A DNA stretch of 48,404 nucleotides from Phycisphaerae bacterium (GTDB lineage: Bacteria > Planctomycetota > Phycisphaerae > SM23-33): contig JAFGEJ010000209.1 of NCBI GenBank assembly GCA_016931655.1, positions 1 through 48,404 on the forward strand, in the 5' to 3' direction. Numbering within the stretch: position 1 is the stretch's first letter; each line of letters starts with the position of its first letter. Both the position numbers and the translations under genes were made by a program. Positions 19,679-28,305 of the stretch are shown one piece after another. Under the pieces are notes generated by a model. The model was not told the DNA's origin. It searched no databases and saw only the letters and a program-made list of their open reading frames with translations.

Positions 19679-20881
19679 TTATTTGGCGGATGTGTATTTC
19701 AACTCCGCGTATTCGGGCAGTTCACCCACGAGCGGCCGGGCGTACTCGAAGAACGCTTCGGAGGGGAAATTGCCCGCTTCGTTGAGAAAGTGATCCGGCA
19801 TGGGTTTGGCGCGGACGGCTACGTCCGCCAGCGGCGCCGTGCCCGTGGTGATTTTATAAGGATCGTTGCTTTCACGCTCGAGTGTGACCATCACGCCGGA
19901 TTGCCCTTCGTCGGCCAACTTCACCGCCGCCCGGCCACAGAGGTAGGCTTCGTCCAGGTCCTGCTGCACCGCGCGGTCGATGGCGCACATCGGCAGCGAT
20001 TCGGTGATCTGGAATTCGCCGCGCCAGCCAAACGTTTCCGAAATCATTTTGTGCAGGTTGAATGCGGCGCTCGAACCGCCCATCGCGCCGAATTCGATAT
20101 TGCTGAACTTGTCCTGCGTCCGGGAGGCCGACACCGGTGTGCCGTCGGCGTACTTGATTCCCTCGCCGCAGACGATGCTCACGAAGCCGTACTTCTCGTG
20201 GCAGGTTTTTACGTCCGCGAGAAATGTCTCCGCGTCGAAAACGCGTTCGGGCGTGTAGATCAGGTGCGGCGCGTCGGCTTGGCATTTTTTTCCCAGCGCC
20301 GCAGCCGCCGTCAGCCAGCCGGCGTCGCGGCCGATGGACTGGTAAATCACAAACGGGTCCACCTTCTGCATGTCCCGCGCCAGTCGGCCTGCCTGTTGCA
20401 CGCTCAGGGCGGTGTAACGGGCGGCGGAAGGATATCCGGGCGTGTGGTCCGTGCCGAACAGGTCGTTATCGACGGTCTTGGGCACGCCCAGGCCGCTCAT
20501 CTCGTAGCCCCGCGATTTGGCGTATTCCGTCACGCGGTGGATGGTGTCCATCGTGTCATTGCCGCCGACCATGAACAGCACGCGAATGTTGAATTTTTCC
20601 AACTGCGAAAGAATCAGGGGGAAATCGGCGTCCTTGAGCTTATGCCGGCTGGACCCCAGCGCGCTGGAGGGCGTCCGGCGGAGCAGGTCCACCGTGCTTT
20701 GCGGCTCGGCGGAGAGGTCCACAAGGTTCCCGGCCATGAAACCTTCGATGCCCCATCGCATGCCGAGAATTTTCTCGATGTTGGCTGCTTCACGCGCCGC
20801 GTCGATCACGCCGGCGAGGCTGGCATTGATGACACTCGTCGGGCCGCCCGATTGGCCGATAACGGCGTTTCCCTTGGGCAT
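19679..20881 (-). CDS. 6-phosphofructokinase (PfkA family; phosphoryl donor ATP or PPi not decidable here)
   Basis: Shows GQSGGPTSVINASLAG, MVGGNDTMDT and PKTVDNDL motifs. The start at MPKGN is preceded by AGGAG with a 10-nt spacer. The track ORF extension to 21055 was rejected. Confidence 0.85.
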   Translation of the reverse strand: MPKGNAVIGQSGGPTSVINASLAGVIDAAREAANIEKILGMRWGIEGFMAGNLVDLSAEPQSTVDLLRRTPSSALGSSRHKLKDADFPLILSQLEKFNIRVLFMVGGNDTMDTIHRVTEYAKSRGYEMSGLGVPKTVDNDLFGTDHTPGYPSAARYTALSVQQAGRLARDMQKVDPFVIYQSIGRDAGWLTAAAALGKKCQADAPHLIYTPERVFDAETFLADVKTCHEKYGFVSIVCGEGIKYADGTPVSASRTQDKFSNIEFGAMGGSSAAFNLHKMISETFGWRGEFQITESLPMCAIDRAVQQDLDEAYLCGRAAVKLADEGQSGVMVTLERESNDPYKITTGTAPLADVAVRAKPMPDHFLNEAGNFPSEAFFEYARPLVGELPEYAELKYTSAK

Positions 20882-20971
20882 GACGTTCTGGCTCCTGTTT
20901 GCGGAAAACGGCTCTGCCGTGAAATGCGTCGCACCGTTGACAACGCCCCCTTCGACGCCTACGCTTTTTTT

Positions 20972-21730
20972 ATGAAATCCACGAATCCGATCCTGTACGC
21001 CGGCGACACGTCGCTGAGAACGGCTGGGACGTACCTGGCGGGAATCCTCGCGCACGCGGGCCTGGCGTTCGAGTATCTGCCAAGCGATCAGCCGATCGCA
21101 CCGGCGCTGCGATGCGGATCGCGGCCCTTATACATCATCAGCGATTACCCTGTCAAGAATTGGACCGATCCGGACTTCCAGGCCGTCGCCGCCGCAGTGT
21201 CCGACGGGGCCGGTCTGCTGATGATCGGCGGGTGGGAAAGTTTCCACGGCCTGGAAGGCGAATACCACAACTCGCCCCTGGCGGAAATTCTTCCCGTGAC
21301 AATGGAAGACCACGACGATCGCGTGCAGTCGCGCCGGCCGTGGCTGATCCAGGCCGTCGAATCCCACCCGATTCTGAAAGGCCTGCCGTTCCAGACGCCG
21401 CCGACGGTCGGCGGGTTCAATCGCATTTCTCCCAAGCCCGGTGCGACGGAACTTCTCCGCGCGACGGCTATGGAAATTTCCGATTCGCCGGAGGAGGGCC
21501 TGCAAATGACGAGTGGCGCAAGCGAATCGCTACTGGTGATTGGGACGTTCGGGAAGGGAAGAACGGCGGCCCTGGCCTGCGACGTGGCGCCGCACTGGGT
21601 GGGCACGCTGGTGGACTGGGGACAACCGCGTGTGCAAGCCCAGGCCCCCAACGCCGAAGCCGTCGAAGTAGGCTGTCATTACGCCGAGTTCTTCACGCGA
21701 CTCGTGAAGTGGACCATGGGAGAAATATAA
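20972..21730 (+). CDS. Glutamine amidotransferase-like (class I fold, DUF1355-like) protein
   Basis: Starts with MKSTNPILYAGD and contains LLMIGGWESFHG and GKGRTAALACDVAPHW. It is divergent from pfk. The upstream part of the 646-aa track ORF is antisense shadow of pfk. Confidence 0.5.
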   Translation: MKSTNPILYAGDTSLRTAGTYLAGILAHAGLAFEYLPSDQPIAPALRCGSRPLYIISDYPVKNWTDPDFQAVAAAVSDGAGLLMIGGWESFHGLEGEYHNSPLAEILPVTMEDHDDRVQSRRPWLIQAVESHPILKGLPFQTPPTVGGFNRISPKPGATELLRATAMEISDSPEEGLQMTSGASESLLVIGTFGKGRTAALACDVAPHWVGTLVDWGQPRVQAQAPNAEAVEVGCHYAEFFTRLVKWTMGEI

Positions 21731-21740
21731 GATTTTTTTT

Positions 21741-21767
21741 GACCACAGAGACACAGAGAACACAGAG
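21741..21767. repeat. Single arm of the CACAGAGA word repeat (gaccacagagacacagagaacacagag) flanked by T-runs
   Basis: Near-identical to the left arm of the hairpin at 24997-25025. Confidence 0.7.
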
Positions 21768-21783
21768 TTTTTTGTATTAAATT

Positions 21784-21876
21784 ACTCAAACTGACCGAAT
21801 TCGTCCACGAATTGCACGAACCTGCCTGCCGGCAGGCAGGTTCGTGGACTATATTCTAAAATTGGTCAGTTTGAGT
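21784..21876. repeat. Nested palindrome between convergent genes; likely bidirectional terminator
   Basis: The outer arms are a 13-bp perfect pair, actcaaactgacc (21784-21796) and ggtcagtttgagt (21864-21876). The inner element is a 32-nt perfect palindrome, cacgaacctgcctgccggcaggcaggttcgtg (21815-21846). Confidence 0.75.
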
Positions 21877-21918
21877 TTATGAGATAGTTTCCAACAATCC
21901 CCAAACGCTCACCCCGCC

Positions 21919-22920
21919 TCACCGCACGCGATAGACCCAGTGCGGTTCCACGCCCAGCCGCTGCATTTCCGGCGTGATCTGCTCGTAGAACCGTCGGCCG
22001 TCCACGTAATACCCCGCCGTCGGCGCCAGCCCCTCCACCCGCCGCGTCCAGAAGGCGTTGAACTGCTCCATGAACAATTCGCGGACGTACTTGCTGAGCA
22101 TCGACGCCAGCGCAACGGGCAGCGATTTGCCCTCCCCGCCGACCTCAAACGACACCTCCATGCACCGCTCGCCCCGCCGGATGCGATACGCGCTGCGGGT
22201 CTCCGTTTCCTCCAGAATTTTCAAATCGCAGCCGTCGAAGACGCGCTGAAGCGGCTCGCGATAGCGCACGCGCCCGCCCTGATGGTCGACGGCTGTGCGA
22301 ATGTCGTCCTCGTCCGCCGTGCGCCAGACGTGCATCAGCAGGCGGCTGGTCACGTCGAAGGCCGTCGTCGATTTGTTTTGCGTCGCGGCGATCAGGCGGT
22401 TGAACTCGCCCACCTGCACCGGCTCGGCCCGCAGCGAAAGCAGCTCCACGCCCGCGCTTCGCATCGCAAGGCGCACGGCGTTGGCGGTCAGTTCCACGTC
22501 CGCCGCCGTCGCGGCGCGAGGCAGCGAAAGATCCCCGTCGGTATACCAGGGATAATCCCGCGTCCCGGCCCGCGCGCCCGGCGCGAGTTCCTCCAGAAAC
22601 GCTTCAAACGATGAAGCGGCGTTCAAACTGGCTTGCCGTTCCGCCATGTTCATCATCATCGTCAGCACGCCGCGTTCCAGCGGCGCCAGGCCGCCGGACT
22701 TGCGGCGGGAATAGAGCTTTTTACTGTCGCCGACAGCCACCACGCCGGCCTTCTTCGCGCGACGCAAATCCCGCGTAACACAGCCGTGAAGCACGGACCA
22801 TAGATCGGGCGTGTCGTTTGCCTCGTTTGACAAGGGCGCATAGCGAAACACCGCCGCCGAAGCCACCAAAGGCCCCAGCACCGGCCCCAGCCCCGCCTCG
22901 TCTATACCCGCGAGAATCAT
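21919..22920 (-). CDS. Divergent RNase HII-like protein with a long internal/C-terminal extension
   Basis: MILAGIDEAGLGPVLGPLV matches the RNase H2 GIDEAG motif, and GDSKKLYS matches the DSK motif. PVALASMLSKYVRE resembles the VAAASI.AK motif. At 333 aa it is much longer than canonical RNase HII. The start at 22920 was verified as ATG. Confidence 0.5.
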   Translation of the reverse strand: MILAGIDEAGLGPVLGPLVASAAVFRYAPLSNEANDTPDLWSVLHGCVTRDLRRAKKAGVVAVGDSKKLYSRRKSGGLAPLERGVLTMMMNMAERQASLNAASSFEAFLEELAPGARAGTRDYPWYTDGDLSLPRAATAADVELTANAVRLAMRSAGVELLSLRAEPVQVGEFNRLIAATQNKSTTAFDVTSRLLMHVWRTADEDDIRTAVDHQGGRVRYREPLQRVFDGCDLKILEETETRSAYRIRRGERCMEVSFEVGGEGKSLPVALASMLSKYVRELFMEQFNAFWTRRVEGLAPTAGYYVDGRRFYEQITPEMQRLGVEPHWVYRVR

Positions 22921-22924
22921 GGTT

Positions 22925-23000
22925 TTGTAGTCAGTAATCAGTAGCCGGGAGCCAGTATTTCGCCTTCCTGCTTCCTGCTCCCTGCTTCCTGTTGCCTGTT
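22925..23000. repeat. Tandem heptamer tract between argS and the RNase HII-like gene
   Basis: The minus strand reads caacagg caacagg aagcagg gagcagg aagcagg, five copies of NAGCAGG. It then reads tactgat tactgac tac immediately before the ATG at 22920. Confidence 0.7.
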
Positions 23001-23003
23001 GTT

Positions 23004-24926
23004 CTACATCTGTTCCAGAACATCGATGCCCAGCAATTCCAGCCCTTTTTGGATCACGCGGGCGGCCAATTTGCACAGGGCGACCCTGCCGGCGCGGATG
23101 TCGCCCTCGGACTTTAACACGGGGCAGGTTTCGTAGAAACCCATAAACGCGCCGGCCAGGTCGTACAGGTACGCGCAGAGGATGTTGGGCAGGCACGTCT
23201 CCGCCACCGCTTCGATGGTTTCGGGGAATTGCAGCAATTTCACGCCCAGCGCCCGCTCGGCCGGTTCGACGACGTGAATTGTTCCGTTCATCGCCGAATC
23301 CCCGCCTTGACAGGCGGGGCTCATTTCGTCCTGCTTCCTGAAGATACTTTGAATGCGGGCGTAGGCGTACTGCATGTAGGGGGCGGTGTTACCGTCGAGG
23401 CTGAGCATTTTATCCCAGCTGAAGACGTAGTCGCTCGTGCGGTTCTGGGACAGGTCGGCGTACTTCAACGCACCGACGCCAATAGCTTTGTATGTTTTAT
23501 ATGATCTTGCTTGTGGATATACATCCTCCCTTTGATCCATTGCAATGCCTGCAGCATATTCGGCTTGGTCAATTAAGTCCATTAATTTGACGGTACCACC
23601 TTCGCGCGTCTTAAATGGTCTTCCATCTGTCCCCAGCATCATGCCGAAAGGTACGTGTTCGAGTTTTGTGGAAAGTTTATGTTCTCTGATGTTTGTTTTT
23701 CTTTTGATATGAAACAAGACAAGAAGAAAAGACAAAATATTAATTAATTTACCTATAATTAAACGTAACCAAGGAGTTGATTGATTGTGTCTAGCACGAT
23801 TGACAAAATCAGCCTTTTTGGCAACAGCGAACACCTGCGCAAAATGCTGCGCCTGACGCGAATCGGTCACGTAGAGAATTCTGTCGGCATGCAATTCCTG
23901 CACACGGTATCGAATCGCCGCCAGGTCCGTGGTGGCATATAAATATCCGCCGTCGGATTTCTGCACGATCATGAAGAATGGTTTATCATCCTGATTCTTA
24001 AATTCCTCCAAATATACACCCTTTGCACCATCACTTATTTTCAAAAGGCTCCTCTTTTCAAGATCTGCTACGACATTTGGCAAATCATCATTGTAGAAGC
24101 TTTCTCCGCGTACATCTTTGTCTGAAAGAAGAACGCCAAGTGCTTCATAAACCTTTTTACAATGACGAAGAGACTCTTTCCTGAATTTTTCCCATATCTC
24201 GAGGGTTTCTTTGTCACCGGATTGAAGGAGAACGACTCGTTTTCTCGCCTTTTCGGCAAATTCCGGGTCGGTGTCGTATTTTCTCTTCGCCATACGGTAC
24301 AGAAACTCCAAGTCATTAATTCGTAAGTCACTGTCTACTGTAACGACAACACCATCTGTATCTCGTTCACCTACGATTCCCCCCTTCTCTTTTCTCACAT
24401 ATAAAATGAATTCAACAAGCATCCCAAACTGTGTACCCCAGTCGCCGACGTGGTTTTGGGGGATGACGTTGTAGCCGATGAATTGCAGCGTTCGCGCCAG
24501 TGCATCACCGATGATCGTTGACCGCAGATGGCCGACGTGCATTTCCTTGGCGAGGTTCGGGCCGGAGTAGTCCACGATGACAGTTTCGGGATTCTTTGGT
24601 ATGGGAACGCAAAGATGTTTCTCATCCGCGAACATGGCTGCCAGCCGGCTGTCCAGCCAGTCGCGTTTCAGTGTGATATTGATAAATCCCGCACCGGCAA
24701 GTTCGACCTTTTCCGCCAGATCGGAGAGGTCGAGTTTTTCGACGACGGCCTCGGCGAACTTGCGGGGATTGGTCTTCATCTTTTTCGCGGCGGCCAGGCA
24801 GCCGTCGGCCTGGTAGTCGCCGAACTCGGGCCGGCTGGCGGGTTTGACCATCGCCGGCGCCTCGGCGGCGCCCGCGGCAGCCAGGGCGTCGGAAATTCGC
24901 CGCTCCAGTGTCGTTTTAATGTTCAT
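23004..24926 (-). CDS. argS: Arginine--tRNA ligase
   Basis: Class I signature (NLAKEMHVGHLRST), GDWGTQFGML, DGGYLYATTDLAAIRYR, FGMMLGTDGRPFKTREGGTVKL and the C-terminal anticodon-binding domain ending LGIDVLEQM are all present. The gene carries unusual AT-rich blocks and an extra insertion (see findings). Confidence 0.95.
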   Translation of the reverse strand: MNIKTTLERRISDALAAAGAAEAPAMVKPASRPEFGDYQADGCLAAAKKMKTNPRKFAEAVVEKLDLSDLAEKVELAGAGFINITLKRDWLDSRLAAMFADEKHLCVPIPKNPETVIVDYSGPNLAKEMHVGHLRSTIIGDALARTLQFIGYNVIPQNHVGDWGTQFGMLVEFILYVRKEKGGIVGERDTDGVVVTVDSDLRINDLEFLYRMAKRKYDTDPEFAEKARKRVVLLQSGDKETLEIWEKFRKESLRHCKKVYEALGVLLSDKDVRGESFYNDDLPNVVADLEKRSLLKISDGAKGVYLEEFKNQDDKPFFMIVQKSDGGYLYATTDLAAIRYRVQELHADRILYVTDSRQAQHFAQVFAVAKKADFVNRARHNQSTPWLRLIIGKLINILSFLLVLFHIKRKTNIREHKLSTKLEHVPFGMMLGTDGRPFKTREGGTVKLMDLIDQAEYAAGIAMDQREDVYPQARSYKTYKAIGVGALKYADLSQNRTSDYVFSWDKMLSLDGNTAPYMQYAYARIQSIFRKQDEMSPACQGGDSAMNGTIHVVEPAERALGVKLLQFPETIEAVAETCLPNILCAYLYDLAGAFMGFYETCPVLKSEGDIRAGRVALCKLAARVIQKGLELLGIDVLEQM

Positions 24927-24996
24927 CGTTTATCGCTTGTTACGGGAAAAAGAAAACACGAATCAGGATTAAGACCTCTGGGAAAAGGATTTTTTT

Positions 24997-25075
24997 ACCA
25001 CAGAGACACAGAGAGCACAGAGAAAAACATAATAAGAAATTATATCTTTCTCTGTGATCTCTGTGACTCTGTGGT
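24997..25075. repeat. 29-nt-arm hairpin built from CACAGAGA words, upstream of argS
   Basis: The left arm is accacagagacacagagagcacagagaaa (24997-25025). The right arm is tttctctgtgatctctgtgactctgtggt (25047-25075). 27 of 29 positions are complementary, with a 21-nt AT-rich loop. Confidence 0.8.
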
Positions 25076-25211
25076 AGGTTTTTCCGAATTCTCAATTTGC
25101 ATAGGGATAGCATGAATGATGATAATTTTCACGAGTTGTTTTTCGCTGGTTCTGTTGAAAACGGGAAAAAAACAAAACAGAGTATAAACCGTCATCCTTC
25201 CGGGGCAGGTT

Positions 25212-25396
25212 GTAGATCCCAATAGCCGCCCGTTTAGAAAGTCCTTCAACGTGGCTTGGGCCTCCGGCCCAAGTGTCGCAGGGTCATCCTGACCCTGCTT
25301 GTATTGTTATTTTCATGGGCGAGACGCCCATGAGACACTTGGACAAGATGTCCAAGCCACTTTCTAAACGGGCTGATAGGTCGTAGATCCCAATAG
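25212..25396. repeat. Highly structured element (candidate REP cluster, MITE or ncRNA) bounded by a 14-nt perfect direct repeat
   Basis: gtagatcccaatag occurs at 25212-25225 and 25383-25396. The closing stem pairs cccgtttagaaa (25229-25240) with tttctaaacggg (25361-25372). Several 7-9 bp GC-rich hairpins lie inside (see finding). Confidence 0.6.
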
Positions 25397-25563
25397 GGGG
25401 GCTTGGGGCACAAAGCCTGCCTGCCGGCAGGCGGGGTCACAAAAGAAAAAACGTGGAAAAGAGTCATTATGTTTTACTTTGAGGCGTGATACCATGTAAA
25501 CCATTCGTGGAATTCGTCTTGCCCGTCGCCCAGGGATTTATGTTCTCGTATGCAGGAGATGCG

Positions 25564-26106
25564 ATGATGAGCAAAAAGAGTCCATCCGACAACCGGCGCG
25601 TGGCGGTGTTCCCGGGCACGTTCGATCCGGTCACCAACGGGCATCTCGACGTGATTCAGCGCGGCGTGAAGCTGTTCGACGAACTGATCATCGCCGTGGG
25701 CGATAATCCCGAAAAACAGGCCATGCTGCCGCAACCCGAGCGCGTTGAACTTCTCCGCGAGGTCACCGCCGAGTTGCCTTCCGTTCGCGTGACGCCCTAC
25801 CAGGGGCTTACCGTGGACTTCGCGCGGTCCGTCGGCGCCACAGCCATCCTGCGCGGCATCCGCAACAGCAGCGACCTGCAATTTGAATTTCAGACCGCCC
25901 TGACGAACCGCGTGGTGGCGGACGTGGAGACCGTGTTCATCATGACCAGCACGCAGTACGCCTTTACCTCCTCCAGCCTGATCCGCCAGGTGGCGGCGAT
26001 GGGCGGAGACGTTTCGGCCCTCGTGCCGGTGGAGGTGCTCCGGCATATCGAGAAGCATTGTCCCCGCGACGCGTCCTCGGACCGGAGCCTTCACGAATCG
26101 GAGTAA
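25564..26106 (+). CDS. coaD: Phosphopantetheine adenylyltransferase
   Basis: Shows AVFPGTFDPVTNGHLDVI, ILRGIR and SSSLIR motifs. The start was chosen at MMSKKS (ATG at 25564). Confidence 0.9.
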   Translation: MMSKKSPSDNRRVAVFPGTFDPVTNGHLDVIQRGVKLFDELIIAVGDNPEKQAMLPQPERVELLREVTAELPSVRVTPYQGLTVDFARSVGATAILRGIRNSSDLQFEFQTALTNRVVADVETVFIMTSTQYAFTSSSLIRQVAAMGGDVSALVPVEVLRHIEKHCPRDASSDRSLHESE

Positions 26107-26115
26107 TCGGCGCTG

Positions 26116-28305
26116 ATGTGGGAAAACGCGATGCAAGGCGCAAAACGATGGGCGATGCCGGCGGTGATTTTTTGGGCGGCGCTCGCGGCGGCGCAGCAGA
26201 ACGCCGTCCCGACGCCGGTGGTGGACATCCGCCGGCAAATGCAGCCGTTCGTTCGCCAGGCGGTTTTCGCGGAGAGTCCCCTGGCCGCCGAACACGCCGC
26301 GGGCGTGCTGCGGGACGCCCACGCCGCGTATCTTTCCGTTCTGACCCGATGCGGAACCCGCCGGGACGCGGAGGTGCGCACCCGTGCGAAGGACGTGCTG
26401 GACCGGGCCGTCCTGGCGGCGCGCCTTCGGCGCATCGAGGCGATACTGTCCGAAGACCTGGCGAAAAAGTTCGCCGCGTTTCGTCGCAGGTACCCCCAAC
26501 AGACAGCCGATATCTTCAGCCGGGATCTCCAGCAACAAGTGGAGGTTCTCAAACACATCGAGGAACAAAAGGATCCTCAAGGCCTGGCCGAGCCGATCCT
26601 TGTGATCTGTCTGAAGCATCCCTCGGAGGAGTTGCGGGCCTGGGCCGCCACGGCCGGGGCAAAACGACACTACCGCAGCGACATGTTCGCCGACGCCCTG
26701 TGCGACGTGCTGGACCGGGAAATTTCGTTCCGCGGCGCCTCGGCGCCCTACATGGTGTACCTCGTCGAAGGAGCCGAAGACGATCCGCCGAACGTTTTGC
26801 AGGTCGCCTTTGACGCTCTGCGGGTGATTCGTCCGCCGCGAGCGAGACAACGGCTGCTGGCAATTCTGGACAAACGACGAAACTATGAAATGGATCTTCG
26901 CCTGTGTTTGGCGGAAGCCATCGGCATGCTGCGCGACCCGACTCTGATTCCGCTGCTGCTGCGGCGCCTGCCCCGGCGTGCACGGGCAAATTACACTCGA
27001 TCCCTGGACGGCCGACGGGTTACCTTTGCCGTCGGTGACGACGCGCTGTTGGCGCTGCTGCGATTGACGCGCCAAAGCCCTTCCCAATACGACTTGATCC
27101 TCGAAACGGGCCAGCACGGAACCTTCCTGGGTTTTGCCGATAACTCCCAACGCGCCAAGGCCTATGAAAAGTTCAAGGCCTGGTGGGAAGCAAACCGAAA
27201 CCGAAAGGAATTTCAGGTTTCTCCCGCCGCCTCTCGTCCCGCTTCCGCGCCGGCGGAAAGTAAACCGTCGCCACCGGCGCCGTTCCCAACGCAACAGGAC
27301 GCGGAGCGATTGAAAAAAACCGTCGCAGCCGAGGCGCAACGATTGGCTCGCGGATTCACCGAGGAACATTACCGCCGTCGTGCCGCCGCGTCCGAGGAGC
27401 TGCTGGCGCTGCAGGATGCGATGCTGGCCGAAGTGCTCACCGGTGCTCGGACGGATCCGCCCGCGCAGCGTCGGGCTCGCCTGGGCCTGGCGGAGGACAT
27501 GCTGGTTTCCGCGCGGATCGAGCAATTTCTTCTCGATCGCTCGCCGGCGGATCGGCCGACCTTTCGCTCGCTCCGGGCGGATTATCCCCGGGCCTTTCGG
27601 GACTATTTCGGCCTGTCCTCCAGCCGGCGTCGCCAGGCCCTGGAATCGCTCACGAAGGATGACGCCACCGCCCGGACCGAGCCCCTTGTGCTGGATATGC
27701 TGCAAAATCTCGACGATGAAACGACGCCCATTGCGATTCAAGCGCTGGGAACGGGCTGGTATCGCTCGGGGCCGATCCAAAAACTGCTGGCCGGGCCGAT
27801 CAGCGATCGATATGTTCAAAAACTCAAACGGGAACATTGTTACTACGCGATGGGCGCAGCCAATCCCTATCAGCCTTGGATCAACGCCCTGGCGGCGGTG
27901 GGCGGCGAGGAATGCTTCGGCGTGCTGAGAAGCATCCTGGAAGATCAGGATTGGCAAATGCGGCAGCGATGCGGGGACGTTGTCAACGCCATTGCCGAAA
28001 GCAAGGATCCCCGGGCCGTCGACATGCTGCTGCCGCTTCTGGAGAAGACGGATATTCTCAACTCGATGCAGTTTTCGGATAAAAAGAAGATCACGCAGGC
28101 GACGTCGGATTACGCCCTGATGGCCCTGATTCGCGTAACGGGGCAGGATCCGAAGGGCTATCCTTTCTCCCACGCTCCGGGCCGACGGTTTGGGGGCGCC
28201 GATCTGTTCGGCTTTCCCGACGAGGCGACTCGAAAAAAGGCTATCGCCCAGTTCCGCGACTGGCAAGACGCGCAGAAAACGCCGACCACGAATACGGCAA
28301 AATGA
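26116..28305 (+). CDS. Secreted HEAT-repeat protein
   Basis: Has an N-terminal signal (MPAVIFWAALAAAQQ). PBS-lyase/HEAT-like repeats are present (LRVIRPPRARQRLLAILDK; MLRDPTLIPLLLRRL; SKDPRAVDMLLPLLEK). The start codon among 26116/26131 is uncertain. Confidence 0.6.
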   Translation: MWENAMQGAKRWAMPAVIFWAALAAAQQNAVPTPVVDIRRQMQPFVRQAVFAESPLAAEHAAGVLRDAHAAYLSVLTRCGTRRDAEVRTRAKDVLDRAVLAARLRRIEAILSEDLAKKFAAFRRRYPQQTADIFSRDLQQQVEVLKHIEEQKDPQGLAEPILVICLKHPSEELRAWAATAGAKRHYRSDMFADALCDVLDREISFRGASAPYMVYLVEGAEDDPPNVLQVAFDALRVIRPPRARQRLLAILDKRRNYEMDLRLCLAEAIGMLRDPTLIPLLLRRLPRRARANYTRSLDGRRVTFAVGDDALLALLRLTRQSPSQYDLILETGQHGTFLGFADNSQRAKAYEKFKAWWEANRNRKEFQVSPAASRPASAPAESKPSPPAPFPTQQDAERLKKTVAAEAQRLARGFTEEHYRRRAAASEELLALQDAMLAEVLTGARTDPPAQRRARLGLAEDMLVSARIEQFLLDRSPADRPTFRSLRADYPRAFRDYFGLSSSRRRQALESLTKDDATARTEPLVLDMLQNLDDETTPIAIQALGTGWYRSGPIQKLLAGPISDRYVQKLKREHCYYAMGAANPYQPWINALAAVGGEECFGVLRSILEDQDWQMRQRCGDVVNAIAESKDPRAVDMLLPLLEKTDILNSMQFSDKKKITQATSDYALMALIRVTGQDPKGYPFSHAPGRRFGGADLFGFPDEATRKKAIAQFRDWQDAQKTPTTNTAK

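Noticed and set aside
22935-22975. GGAAGCAGG strings resembling the SRP RNA GGAAGCAGCC motif
   Set aside because: They are part of a simple tandem heptamer tract. No SRP-like helix 8 structure can be drawn.
25236-25245. AGAAAGTCC resembling the RNase P RNA GGAAAGUCC core
   Set aside because: The surrounding element is only about 150 nt. It lacks the complementary P4 strand and the other conserved RNase P regions.
25246-25467. 73-aa minus-strand ORF across the structured repeat element
   Set aside because: It is a translation of palindromic repeat DNA (HGRLAHE-type pseudo-peptide). It has no SD and no protein-like composition.
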